This document shows positions 26,207 through 39,700 of a stretch of DNA of 64,000 nt, in pieces (the first letter of the stretch is position 1; each line of letters starts with the position of its first letter). A model generated the notes under the pieces. The model saw only the letters and a list, made by a program, of their open reading frames with translations, searched no databases and was not told where the DNA came from. A program made the position numbers and the translations under genes. Source of the DNA: Anolis carolinensis (Eukaryota); NCBI RefSeq assembly GCF_035594765.1, contig NW_026943823.1, positions 14,508,001 through 14,572,000 of the forward strand. The letters run 5' to 3'.

Positions 26207-28384
26207 GGCCCCTGGTGGTGGCGCAGTGTGTTAAAGCGCTGAGCTGCTGAACTTGCAGACCGAAAGGTCCCAGGTTCAAATCCCGGGAGCGGAATGAGCG
26301 CCCGCTATTAGCCCCTGCTCCTGCCAACCTAGCAGTTCAAAAACATGCCAATGTGAGTAGATAAATAGGTACTGCTCCGGTGGGAAGGTAACGGCGCTCC
26401 ATGCAGTCATGCCGGCCACATGACCTTGGAGGTGTCTATGGACAACGCCAGCTCTTCGGCCTAGAAATGGAGATGAGCACCAACCCCCAGAGTCAGTCAC
26501 AACTGGACTTAACGTCAGGGGAAAACCTTTACCTTTACCTAATAATAATAATAATACTTTATTTATACCCCGCCACCATCTCCCTGCGGGGACTCGGGCC
26601 GGCTTACATGGGGACACGTAAGGACAAAATATAAGCAACATAATACAAATCACAATATAAAAAAGATAAAACAGTAATACAATATATCAATTAAAACAGC
26701 AATATAGGATAAAAATTGCATTTCAAACACATAAATGGTAAGACCGTAATAAATACAGGATAGATTATTAAAAACCCGCTGGGGCTGATTAATTANNNNN
26801 NNNNNNNNNNNNNNNNNNNNNNNNNNNNNNNNNNNNNNNNNNNNNNNNNNNNNNNNNNNNNNNNNNNNNNNNNNNNNNNNNNNNNNNNNNNNNNNNNNNN
26901 NNNNNNNNNNNNNNNNNNNNNNNNNNNNNNATCCCATGGCGTTCCACAAGAAGGAACTCTCAGACACGGTAATTGTTCTATCACTATATAATATAGCGCA
27001 TTATTATAACTTTATATCATTATAATATGTTTACTATATTATAGTATTACTATCTATTATTTCATTATTATTATTATAGTGTTATAATATATTATTATAT
27101 TATGTCATTATTATCAAATAATATAATAATAATATTACATTATTACTTTACAATATATTATTATATCCTATATTATATATTACCTTTACCTTTACCTTAT
27201 ATTACAATATATTATTATATCCTAATATAGTTACTATATTATAGTATTGCTATGCACCCCTCCCCATCCCATTCCATGCCTCTCTGCTGGTGATGGTACC
27301 TGGCTTGGTTCTCCAGGGTCATAGGAGGCAAACCGGGGGATCTGGCGGATCTCTTCCTCCGAGAGGCGGCTTTGGCAGATCTCCTCTTCCGGGATGAAGG
27401 TCACCGGGCGTGTGACTAGTGCTGTTGTTTCCGGATGTGGTGCTGGGTCTGTGCCGTGCGTGGGGGGTTCCGGGAGAGGCTCCCTCGGGGGCGCTGGGGC
27501 CAGGACCTCCTGGTAGAGTGTCTCCAGGCGAGCTGCAGGGCCTTCCGTCGCAGAGGAATCCTTCTGCGGAGCCTCACCTGTGCAGCCCAAGGGAGAAGTG
27601 GCCCATCACTTGGGCTCTGGAGCCCCTCCCCTGTTCCTTCTCCCGCAAGCACCCCCTTCCATGCCCTGCCTTGGTGGTAGAGCCCCCGGAGGAAGGCATG
27701 TCGGTCGGTGCCCTGGAAGAGGGAGCGCTCGATCTCCATCTCCCGACGGCTGAGCGGCTTGCTGCCTGCAAAGCGCTGGGGCAGGGCCAGGATGCGCTGG
27801 CGCTCGGCAATCTTCTCCTGGATGGCACGGAGTCGGTCCTGACGAGCCTCAGGGGTTGCCCCCAAACCGGGGCTCTGCAAGACAAGCAGAGAAATGAGGA
27901 AGGTTCGTTAAAAAGTCAAAACAGTTAAGATTCAAGCAAATTGAAAAGACCCACCACTCTAGAAAACGTCATGGAAATGGCTCACAATTTGGGGAAAATA
28001 ATAATCCTACACAATGCATTGCACCATCTCACATTTGTGTAGGATTATTATTGGGTTGCTGTGAGTTTTCTGGCTGTATGGCCATGTTCCAGAAGCATTC
28101 TCTCCTGATGTTTTGCCCACATCTATGGCAGACATCTTCAGAGGTTGTGAGGCCTGTTGGAAACTAGGCAAGTGGGGTTTATGTATCTGTGGAATAACCT
28201 CCAGGATAGGAGAAAGAACTCTTGCCTGCTGGAGGCAAGGGTGAATGTTGCAATTAATCACCTTGATTAGCACTGAAAAGCCTTGCAGCTACAAAGCCTA
28301 GCTGATTTCTGCCTGGGGAAATCATTTGTTGGGAAAGTGTTAGCTGGCCCTGATTCCAGCCATGAAAGCCTTCAACAACACATT

Positions 28385-28437
<53 letters not shown>

Positions 28438-28681
28438 CGAAGGCTTTCATGGCCAGGATCACAGGGTTGTTGTGTGTTTCCCGGGCTGTATGGCCATGTT
28501 CTAGAAGTATTCTCTCCTGACATTTCACCCACATCTATGGCAGGCATCCTCAGAGGTTATATACCTCAAGAGGTCATATACCTCAAAACTTCTGAGAATG
28601 CCTTCCATAGATGTGGGCGAAACGTCAGGAGAGAATACTTCTAGAACATGGCCATATAGCCCGGAAAACATACAACAACCC

Positions 28682-28736
<55 letters not shown>

Positions 28737-31700
28737 GATGGAGAGACCAATGTGAAAAGGAAGGAGAGAAGATGAACCCACTCCCTACAATCCACCCACA
28801 AAGTGGGTGCTCCTACTATTTATCTATTTACCCTATTCATACCCCGCTTTTCTATACCGCAAGGGGACTCAAGGTGGCTTACATATGGCAATTATTCAAT
28901 GCCTTAAAAACATATACAAAAGCTTAAAAAGAAATTAAATTAAAAATTGATACATGTTAAACATTACATTCAATATTAAAATCACACCATCCAAAAATCG
29001 TAGTCCAAGGCCATTCCGTAGTCATTGCACATATTCCAAATCTATTATTGCACTGTGCTATTCTCTCATAGCCTGATCCCAGAGCCAGGTTTTTACTTTC
29101 TTTCTGAAGGCTAGGAGGGAGGGGGCTGATATAATGTCACTAGGGAGGTAGATCCAAAGCCAAGGGGTCACCACTGAGAAGGCCCTGTCTCTCATCTCCA
29201 CCTATCGGGCTTGTTCAGCAGGTGGCACCGAGAGCAGGGTTTCCCTAGACAAACTTAATCTCCAAATCGGCTCATAGGGGGAGATACTGGCCCAATTCTA
29301 TTGTTGGTGGGGTACAAGGGGCTCTTTGATTGTAGGTGAACTATAAATCCCAGCAACTACAACTCCCAAATGTCAAGGTCTATTTTCCCCAAACTCCAAC
29401 AGTGTTGACATTTGGGCATATTGAGTATTTGAGCCAAGTTTGGTCCAGATCCATCAGTGTTTGGAGTCCAGAGTGCTCTAGGGTTATAGGTGAACTACAA
29501 CTCCCAAACTTTGGTCAATGTCCACCAAAACATTCCAATATTTACATTACAATGCACAACAGTGGCAAAATTACACTTATGAAGTCGCAATAAAAATGTT
29601 ATGGTTGGGGGTTACCACAACATGAGGAACTGTATTAAGGGGTTGCAGCATTAGGAAGGTTAAGAACCACTGATGTAGGGACAACATGGGGGACCGTACT
29701 GAACCCTGCGGGACCCACAGGACCCCTACCTGCTCCTCCTGTTCCTCTCCGCCCCGGTTCCCCCTCCAGAGTCGCCGCTCGGCGTCGGAGAGGCCCATGT
29801 CCCGGAGGGCATCCTCCTCCCGGTTGCGCTGCTGCAAGGCCTGGAAGTGAGTCAGGCTGCGGGCCCCGGCGGCCTCCTCCCCGAAGGAGGGCTGGAAGAG
29901 AGCGGCCGGGGCAAAGCGGGAACGCTGCGAGAGGCATCTGGAAAAGGTAATGCATATTGGGTATTGTGGTATGTTTTCCGGGCTGTATGGCCATGTTCTA
30001 GAAGTTTTCTCTCCTGACGTTTCACCCACATCTATGGCAGGCATCCTCAGAGGTTGTGAGGTATGGAGAAACTAAGCAAGGAAGGTTTATATATATCTGT
30101 GGAAAGTCCAGGGTGAGAGAAGAACTCTTTGTCAGTTGGAGGCCAGTGTGAATGTTGTAGTTAATCACCTCAATTAGCATTGAATAGCTTCATCTCCTGG
30201 CTTCCTGCCTGGGGGCATCCTTTGTTCAGAGTCGTTAGCTGCCCTTGGTTCCCAGTGTTGCTTATTTACTGTTCTGATTTTTGAGTTTTTTAATACTGGT
30301 AGCCAGATTTTGTTCATTTTCATAGTTTCCTCCTTTCTGTTTTTTCCCCTCCCCAGAGGGAATTTTTATTAATCATTATTTTATAATACACTAGCTGTGC
30401 CTGGCCACGCGTTGCTGTGGCGTTGTCTGGTGGTGTTGGTGAGAAATTGTTGAGGTAGTATTGAATGTCTGTTGTATGGTTGTCTTTATGTTTAGTATGC
30501 ACACTGAAGTGATGATATGGCAATGTGGAGTCAAGATAATCCAGTTCAAAGCAGATAATATAAGATTCTAAATGGGTTATATAGCTGTTTGGAAGGGCCT
30601 TGAGTCTACACTGCCATATAATCCAGTTAAAATCTGATAATCTGTGGAAGAGGCCTAAGTGAGGCCTAACTGTGCCTGTCCCTGGGCTGAGTAGGTTGCT
30701 AGGAGACCAAGTGGGTGGAGCTTAGCCTTCAAACTGGCAGCAATTGGATAAAAACTATTATTCCTCTCCTTCTAATTAGGACTTTATTTTTCTTTTCTTT
30801 TTGTTGTATCAACCTAGAGCCGTGAATGATGGGTTGTGTTGTCAAATTTCGAGGTTGGGGGGCCTGTAGTTTTGTTGTTTTGTCTGCTGCCCTGATGCCA
30901 TCACTCTTTTATATATATAGATAATCATAGTTACATTTTCCTTTTCCATTCTCTTCTCCCTCCCCCACACCCACCCCACCCCCCTCCCTGTTGACAACGT
31001 AAACCTTATTTTCTTGTTACATGAGCCTTCTTTCCATTCTTCCCAATTTTTTCTTCCAGCTTTCATCATATGGTTTAACAATCTGTAACCATCTGCTAAA
31101 TGGAGTCCATATTTCTTTAATTTTCTTGTTTGTCTGACCATGTTTTTTTGTGTCTTATAATGTTTCCTCTTTTCTGTTGAAGTTGTCCACATGCTTGTGA
31201 ATTTCAATGGCTTCTCTGTGTAGTCTGACATGATAATTGTTGGAGTGGTCAAGCATTTCTGTGTTCTCAAATAATATACTGTGTCCAGACATGGGAACCA
31301 AGGGAAGCTAAAAACTCTGAACAAAGGATGCCCCCAGGCAGGAAACCAGGAGATGAAGCTATTCAATGCTAATTGTGGTGATTAACTGCAACATTCACAC
31401 TGGCCTCCAACTGACAAAGAGTTCTTCCCTCACCCTGGACTTCCCACAGATATATACGAGGGCTATCCACAAAGTTATCCACAAAATCACTAATAGTTAT
31501 GAAACGTGCCTAATTTTGAATGGGGACTATATTTAAAAGTACTATTGCAGTGCGGCTTTCAAATGTATATAATAAATATTTATTCCTATATGTTGTTAAT
31601 TTTTAATTCCAAAACGTCATTAACTTTGTGGTTAGCCCTCGTATAAACCTTCCTTGCTTAGTTTCTCCGTACCTCACAACCTCTGAGGATGCCTGCCATA

Positions 31701-33439
31701 GATGTGGGCAAAACATCAGGAGAGAATACTTCTAGAACATGGCCATACAGCCCGGGAAACACACAACAACCCTGTGATCCCCGCCATGAAAGCCTTCGAT
31801 AACGTATTGGGGATGGCATTTAATCTCGTTGTACAGTGTGCAAATGACAACAAAGCCACCCTCTTCTCCCCTCTTTGGAAGGGGCCCGGGGCCACTTACC
31901 TCTCTAGGGAGGCTGAGGGGTCTAGCTGGTGGCGCAGGAGGCTCCGCAGCTGCCGCTCGCCCTCCGTCTCCAGCGCCTCGGGCCCCGAGGGCTCCTCCCC
32001 GGAGGGCCCCAAGAAGCCACTGACCCTGAGGGGCAAAAGGAGTAAGCCATTATATATTGGACAAGCCTATTGGACTGATGGTGTTGCCTATTATTTCAGG
32101 TACAATTCGATCCCCTCCCCCCCCCCGCAGAGGGCCACCCAGCAATTGCTACTGTCTCCTTTACCATCAGATGGGAGCACCCCCCCCCCCCCCCAAGATC
32201 TAACTGCCATTCTGGAGCAGAATGAAGGCGGGGCCAGGAAGACATCTTTCCACCAGGTCTCCTGTATCCATTTAATGATATAATAATATATAATAATATT
32301 ATACTATACTAATATTATAATATATTGTATATACATGTAATATTAATAATAATATTATGATGTAATACAATGCAATAATAATTATAATTCACTATTATAA
32401 TTGTATATTTATATTACATGCAATATTACTAATAATATTGCAATATAGTCGTATAATATAATATATTGTATGTATATATACAGTAGAGTCTCACTTATCC
32501 AAGCTAAACGGCCGGCAGAAGCTTGGATAAGTGAATATTTTGGATAATAAGGAGGGATCAATGAAAAGCCTATTCAACATCAAATTAGGTTATGATTTTA
32601 CAAATTAAATACCAAAGTTTCATGTTATACAACAAATTTGAAAGAAAAAGTAGTTCAATACGCAGTAATGTTATGTTATAATTACTGTATTTACGAATTT
32701 AGCAACAAAATATCATGATATATTGAAAACATTGACTACAAAAATGGCTTGGATTATCCAGAACCTTGGATAAGCGAGGCTTGGATAAGTGAGACTCTAC
32801 TGTATTATGATGTAATACAATGTAATAATAATTATAATTCACTATTATAATTGTATATTTATATTACATGCAATATTACTCATAATATTGCAATATAGTC
32901 CTATAATATAATATATTGTATGTATATATACTTGTAAACTGCCCTGAAGGAGGGCGTTATATAAATGTCTCAAATAAATAAACGATAGATAGATTAGACG
33001 CCCATAGGCCATCTAGTTCAACCCCCTTCTTCCAAGCAGTGAAGCACAATTCGATCCCTCCAGACAGATGTGCATCCAAGCCTCTACTTGAAAGAGTCCA
33101 GAGAGGAGATAGGTGCGTAGATGAGGCATGAGCAAACTTCAGCCTTCCCTCCAGGTGTTTTGGACTTCAACTCCCACAATTCCTAACAGCCTACCGGCTG
33201 TTAGGAATTGTGGGAGTTGAAGTCCAAACCACCTGGAGGGAAGGCCGAAGTCTGCCCATGCCTCACCTACACACTTATCTCCTCCATGGAAGAGGCTCCG
33301 CGGTGACACAATTCGATCCCTCCCGAGAGATGGTCATCCAGCCTCTGCTTAAAGGCCTCAGTAGCTCTTCGGGTTTCGGGGGAGCTTTCGAAGGCCAGAA
33401 CCCCACCCGGAAGGCAAGGCTGCCTGCCCACCTCTTCAT
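25552..33439 (-). CDS. RBM41: RNA-binding motif protein 41, about 412 aa; join(33432..33439, 31900..32025, 29730..29937, 27670..27874, 27300..27577, 25899..26046, 25552..25817)
   Basis: MKRV...LETEGERQLRSLLRHQLD, ERQRILALPQRFAGSKPLSRREMEIERSLFQGTDRHAFL, RLSEEEIRQIPRFASYDPGEPSQVLYLKNL...GRMRGQAFLTFP...GYHLLGKPLVIEFGK (C-terminal RRM). Exon phases are consistent; intron 4 uses a GC donor. Confidence 0.93.
26207..26540 (+). mobile_element. Sauria SINE inserted in (TAA)n
   Basis: Full head to acctttacctttacc tail. Confidence 0.88.
29288..29672. mobile_element. hAT non-autonomous element with SPIN/URR1-like terminus
   Basis: Right end ccacaacatgaggaactgtattaaggggttgcagcattaggaaggttaagaaccactg resembles the SPIN/URR1 terminal sequence (recalled, not searched). 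Confidence 0.55.
29960..31800. mobile_element. Penelope element with inverted arms, hosting a nested Helitron (30391-30921) and a mariner MITE (31457-31641)
   Basis: pLTR (-) at 29960-30330 and pLTR (+) at 31290-31800. The MITE has cgagggcta TIRs flanked by TA. Confidence 0.75.
30391..30921 (-). mobile_element. Non-autonomous Helitron (second copy from 38024, +, running into the gap)
   Basis: On the minus strand A|TC...CTAG|T termini, no TSD, GC-rich subterminal region. Confidence 0.7.
32481..32802. mobile_element. Tc1/mariner(pogo)-like MITE of about 320 bp; other copies at 33635-33957, 36094-36415 and 46122-46444
   Basis: TIR CAGTAGAGTCTCACTTATCCAA / TTGGATAAGTGAGACTCTACTG flanked by TA. 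Confidence 0.85.
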
Positions 33440-33570
33440 GGCCGCGGCATGGCCCTCCAGCCCTATTCGGACTACAAGTCCCGGCATGCCCCGCGCCCGG
33501 CAGGAAAAAAAAGCACTGGGAGGGGGCGTGGCTCCGGAGCGGAGGCTGACGAGGGAAGTCACATTCCTTC
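33440..33570 (-). promoter_or_regulatory. RBM41 promoter/5' UTR with ZNF143/THAP11 SBS2 motif and GC box
   Basis: ACTACAAGTCCCGGCATGCCCCGCG 33471-33495; GGGGCGTGGC 33523-33532. Confidence 0.65.
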
Positions 33571-34679
33571 ATTTACCTCCTTTTCATTCTTATCTGTAAG
33601 CTGTTGGGAATTTTAGGAGTTGGACTCCAAAATACAGTAGAGTCTCACTTATCCAACATAAACGGGCCAGCAGAACGTTGGATAAGCGAATTTGTTGGAT
33701 AATAAGGAGGGATTAAGGAAAAGCCTATTAAACATCAAATTATGTTATGATTTTACAAATCAAGCACCGATACATCATGTTATACAACACATTTGGCAGA
33801 AAAAGTAGTTCAATACGCAGTAATGCTATGTAGTAATGACTGTATTTACGAATTTAGCACCAAAATATCACGATGTATTGAAAACATTGACTACAAAAAT
33901 GCGTTGGATAATCCAGAACGTTGGATAAGCGAGTGTTGGATGAGTGAGACTCTACTGTACCTGGATTTTACAAACTGTCTACAGATAGAACACTCAGAAG
34001 ATGGGAATTCCAGACGAGAAACAATCAGGGCCAGTTAACACCTCCCAACCAAGGATACCCCCAGGCAGAAAACAGCCAGGCTTTGAAGCTGCCAAGCTAT
34101 TCAATTCTAATTATTGTTGTTGTTTTATGTAGTTATAATGTTTTTAATTAATTGTTCTGTTGTTGTTGTTTTAAATAGTTTTTATTTAAATGTTTTCTAT
34201 GAGGGGGAATAGGGGAAGGAAGAGAGGGAAGGAGGTGAGAGGGTAGAGGGGGGAGGGAGGGGGGAAGAAAGAAAAAAGTTTGAAAAAGATGTGTATGTAT
34301 ATAGATAGATTTAAAAAATAGGAAAAGATAAAAAATGAAAATATATAGAACTTCCTTTCTTCTTTATAGTTGGGTGGTGTAAAAAAATAATAAAATTGTC
34401 CATTGGGGTTTTTTTTCCACGTCAAGAGCAACTTGAGGAACTGCAAGTCCCTTCTGGAGTGAGAGAATTGGCCGTCTGCAAGGACGTTGCCCAGGGGACG
34501 CTAGGATATTTTTACCATCCTTGTGGGAGGCTTTTCTCATGTCCCCGCATGGAGCTGGAGCTGATAGAGGGAGCTCATCCGCACTCTCCCCAGGTGGGAT
34601 TCGAACCTGGCAGCTTGCAGATCAGCAGCCCAACCCTCAAGTCACAAGGCTTTAACCCACTACTCCATTGGGTTTGTCT

Positions 34680-34990
34680 TAAACTGTGCTATAGTCCATT
34701 CCGTTTTCTCTCTTCATTTTAGATTAGGATCTTTAGCTTGTTTTCTTTCATCCAATCCTTGAACGGAGTCCAATCAGTCCTAATTTTGCTTTTTCCCTGG
34801 GTTTTGGTGATCAGGGATGTCAATTCATCCATGTTCATAATGTCCAACATTTTCTCAATCCATTCTTCCTTCGTAGGTATGTTTTCCTGTCTCCAGCCTC
34901 TTGCGTAGATAATTCTTGCAGATGTTGTGATAAAGGTGAAAGCTCTGTCTGTATTTGTAGGCCGGTCTATATTTGTTAATCCTAGCAAGA
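34680..34990 (-). mobile_element. L1/Tx1-clade LINE ORF2 C-terminal fragment, followed by a Tigger-like MITE (34995-35561)
   Basis: FITTSARIIYARGWRQENIPTKEEWIEKMLDIMNMDELT...WTPFKDW; MITE TIR ctgtatatactcgagtataag / cttatactcaagtatatacgg with TA flanks. Confidence 0.6.
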
Positions 34991-36705
34991 AGTACTGTAT
35001 ATACTCGAGTATAAGCCTAGTTTTTCAGCCCTTTTTTTAAGACTGAAAAAGCCCCCCTCGGCTTATACTTGGTTGGCTTATATTTCGGTCAGCTTATACT
35101 CGAGAATATATGGTACATTTATTATTTTTCTCTATTATTATTGGTATTATTACATCTATTATTTTTCTCTATTATTGTTGCTACTATTACATTTATTTTG
35201 CTCTATTTTTATTATTATTAATAATACATTTATTATTTCACTCTGATCTTATTATTATTATTGCATTTATTATTTTACTCTATTATTATTTAAAGGATAC
35301 ATAAGCACATTTGCATTGAAGATGAGAATAATGATTTGATCAGAGTTGGACAGTCTTATCTTAAATTTGAGCTTTATGTAAATATTCAAAAACATTTAAC
35401 CTACTGAGGCCTCAATTAATGTAATTTTATTGGTATCCATTTTTATTTTTGAAATTTACCATCCTCGGCTTATACTGGAGTCAATGTTTTCCCAGTTTTT
35501 TTGTGGTAAAATTAGGTGCCTCGGCTTATATTCAGGTCGGCTTATACTCAAGTATATACGGTACTCTGATTTTAAGATTTTTATTTTTAAAACTTTCTGG
35601 CTTAAGTCATGTATTCCTTTCCAGTATTGGGCCTTCTCGTTGGTGGCTCCCCGGCTGTGGAACACCCTCCCCACAAATATCCGACAAGCCCCAACTCTTC
35701 TGGGTTTCAGAAAGGCCGTGAAAACATGGCTGTGTGCATAAGCTTTTAGCGAGTAATATGATAACGTCGACATGGTCTGATTGAAGGCTGAAGCATGAGG
35801 TTTTTGGACAAATGGATCTAATTTACATATGTTTTAAATGTTATAATGTATTTTAATCATGTATTTTTATAGCTTTAATTGATGATACTGTTTTTATTAT
35901 TATGTTCTTGACATTAAATGTTGCCAACTGTTGTAAGCCGCCCTGAGTCCCCACGGTGAGAAGGGCGGGGTATAAATGCTGGAAATAAATAAATAAAATA
36001 ACTGTTTTAACTTGCGTTGTTGGGCTTGTCCCCATGTGAGCCGCCCCAAGTCCCGAGATGGAAGTGAGATACAAAAATAAAGTTGTTATTATTACAGTAG
36101 TCTCACTTATCCAACACTCACTTATCCAACGTTCTGGATTATCCAACGCATTTTTGTAGTCAATGTTTTCAATACATCATGATATTTTGGTGCTAAATTC
36201 GTAAATACAGTAATTACTACATAACATTACTGCGTATTGAACTACTTTTTCTGTCAAATTTGTTGTATAACATGATGTTTTGGTGCTTAATTTGTAAAAT
36301 CATAACCTAATTTGATGTTTAATAGGCTTTTCCTTAATCTCTCCTTATTATCCAACATATCCGCTTATCCAACATTCTGCCGGCCCGTTTATGTTGGATA
36401 AGTGAGACTCTACTGTATTATGATTAATCACGCTGGCCAACCGAAACATTCACACTTGCCTCCAATAGACAAGAGTTCTTTCTCTCATCCTGGACATTCC
36501 ACTTGCCTAGTTTCCAACAGACTTCACAACCTCTGAGGATGCCTGCCATAGATGTGGATAAACGTCAGGAGAGAATACTTCTGGAACATAGGCAGACAGC
36601 CTGGAAAACTCATAACAACACACTAGTCAAAGAATGCGCCTGGGACACCCCCTCCTGCAACAGACGCTCACACAGGCAGCAGCAGGTTCTGGGTTAGAAA
36701 AGACC

Positions 36706-36711
36706 TTTATT
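36706..36711 (-). terminator. Polyadenylation signal of NUP62
   Basis: AATAAA on the minus strand, 75 nt after the stop codon. Confidence 0.7.
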
Positions 36712-36785
36712 GTGTGATATAAAAGAGGGGAAGGAGGTATGAGTATCCCGAAGGAGGGGGCAAGGGGGGCCCCGTGGCCCTGGTC

Positions 36786-39700
36786 TCAGTCAAAGGTGAT
36801 CCGGAAGCTGCGCTCCTGCTCTTTGCGGCGGCCGTCGCACACTTTGCTCACCTCCTCCACTTTCCTCTGCAGCAGTGCTGAAGAAAAAGCACACACAAAG
36901 GGAGATGCATCAGTTGCATGCTGCTCTGGATTAAGGGCTGGTCCCGCCCTGCTCCCAGAAGAGAGGCAGCTCTAACCTACTGCAATTATAGCAGGCATGG
37001 GCAAACTTTGGCCCTCCGGGTGTTTTGGACTTCAACTTCCAGAATTCCTAACAGCCTCAGGCCTGAGGGGCCTGTGGCTGTTAGGAATTCTGGGAGTTGA
37101 AGTCCAAAACACCCAGAGGGCCAAAGTATGCCCATGCCTGATCTATGACAATAACTGTTACTCTATTATATTCCATTCTATTGGCTCCCAAGAAACAGCG
37201 CAGAGGGATCCTACCTGAATTCTGATCGATCCACTGGAGAGAGTCCATGTGCGCATTGAGAATTTTGCAGATCTGCTGGAGCTGGAAGAGGGAGGAAGAG
37301 GGGAATGGAAAGGTGGAAAGCGGGGGTCACTTTGGGGGAAGAAGAAAGATGCCCAAGGCGAGAGAAGGCCTACAAAGCCTCAGACCCCCCAGCCCCAGTG
37401 GGGCCTGGCTTCACAAAAAACCCAACATGATAGAATTAAAACCTAAAAATATACAAACCTTCCGTATAAACTCAAGTATAAGCCAACCCAAATAGAAGCC
37501 GAGGCATCTCATTTTACCACAAAAAACTGGGAAAACTCTTTGACTCAAGTATAAACCTAGGGTGGGAAATGCAGCAGCTACTGGTAAATTTCAAAATAAA
37601 ACTAGATACTAGATATCAATAAAATTACATTAATTGAGGCATCAGTAGTTAAATGTTTTTGAATATTTACCGTATTTCAAAGAAAAACAGTGAACTATCT
37701 CTGCAATTGGAAAAGTAGGGTCAAAAAAAGAATATGGTATCAACAATATTTTTATAGTAGTAATAATAATAGAACTTCATTTGTATCTCGCCCTATCTCA
37801 CCATGGGGTTCAGGCGATCTTCCAATATAGTAACAGGAAAACATTCAATGCCTATATAAACAATACAGAGCTAGATATAGATCTATAATTATATATACTA
37901 ATTTCATATATGCATTTCCCCCTGAAATATTTGCAAATCCTTTCTCTTTATATGTGCATTTCTCCTGCAATATTTGTAAGCCTTATATATCTATATTCAT
38001 ATCTAGCTAGACATGTCTATATATCTATATATATAAAAGAGTAATGGCATCACGGCAGTGGACAAAACAACAAAAGTAAACACCCCACAACCTCGATAAT
38101 TGACAGCACAACCCCTCATCCATGCCTCTAGGTTGATACAACAAAAATAAAATAAAAATAAAGCCCTAATTAGAGAGAGAGGAATAATTGTTTTTATCCA
38201 ATTGCTGCCAGTTAGAAGGCTAAGCTCCGCTAACTTGGTCTCCTAGCAACCCACTCAGCCCAGGGGACCCTTTACCTTAACTATCACCAATTCCTCAATA
38301 CTTTTATTTCCCATACCACCATACTTCGCCACAGCAANNNNNNNNNNNNNNNNNNNNNNNNNNNNNNNNNNNNNNNNNNNNNNNNNNNNNNNNNNNNNNN
38401 NNNNNNNNNNNNNNNNNNNNNNNNNNNNNNNNNNNNNNNNNNNNNNNNNNNNNNNNNNNNNNNNNNNNNNNNNNNNNNNNNNNNNNNNNNNNNNNNNNNN
38501 NNNNNNNNTAATATTTCCAAGCGCTATATCTATATTCATATGTATGTATCTAGACATCTCTTTATATATAATTATATCTATATAGGATTTGCAACAACTT
38601 GCAAACATGTGAGGGGAAAATTCATATACGAAATTATTTATATATACACACACAAACACAAATATACAGATATATAGATACCTCTATATATTTATCGATA
38701 TCTATATAGGATTTGCAGACACTTGCAAACATGTGAGGGGAAAATTCATATATAAAAATAATGTATACATATATACTGATGTAAGTTAATAATTTTAACT
38801 GATTTATATTGCACTGTATAATTTTTATATATGTGTTTTTTGTAAGCCGCCCTGAGTCCCCTGTTGGATGAGAAGGGCGGGATATAAATATTGTAATAAA
38901 TAATAAATATAGATACAGGTACATGGGAATCTCTAGATAATCTATATGTATACAGGATTTGCAAAGACCTGCAAACATATGAGGGGAAAATTCATATATA
39001 AAAGTCTTAAAACCAATTTTGTAGCTATCCAGGCCCACCCAGCAGAGTGCGTACTCACTGGGTCACTGGTGTCGGCTGGGCCCCCTGAGGTGTTCAGGTG
39101 CTCAATGATGTCCTTCAGGTCCTGCGCCATGCGTTTCAGCTGGGCATCAATGTTCTCCGCCAGCTTGTACCTACAACAGCAACAGGCAGTGACCGCCGGA
39201 ACAAGGCCTCCCCTCTTCCCAGGGACTGTGCCAGGAAGACAGCCTTTTGGCAGGAATGGGGAGCACACGGAGACCTGCCTGCACGCCCCTTTGAATGAGA
39301 AATGGGGTGCCTTATCCAAGGAGGGAGCTGAGCAGAACATCCTCCAAGCCTGATCTCTCCCTATTCAGCAGTGTGAGCAGACCCCCCACTGCCAGATACT
39401 GGCATGTGACCCACAAATTTGGATAAGGGGCTCTGCCTATCCGAGGAAGGGCCTTGCTCTGCGCCAGCTGGGCCTCAGCTTACGTCTTCTCCCGCTCCTC
39501 ATCCGCATGCTGCAGGTAGATGGTCCCGCTTTGCTCCTTCACAGACTCCTCCAGAGGGACCAACAAATCCTCCAGCTCTTTTTGTTGGGACAGAATGAAA
39601 TCCAGTTCTTGATCTAGCCTGGACCGGAAGGAAGGAAGGAGTCAGGCAAGAGAGAGGTGTCTGGGAAGGGAAGAAGGGCTGGTCATGCCAACGTCTTTCT

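Noticed and set aside
26207-26290. tRNA gene-like A/B boxes
   Set aside because: These are the tRNA-derived heads of Sauria and SINE2 elements, not cloverleaf tRNA genes.
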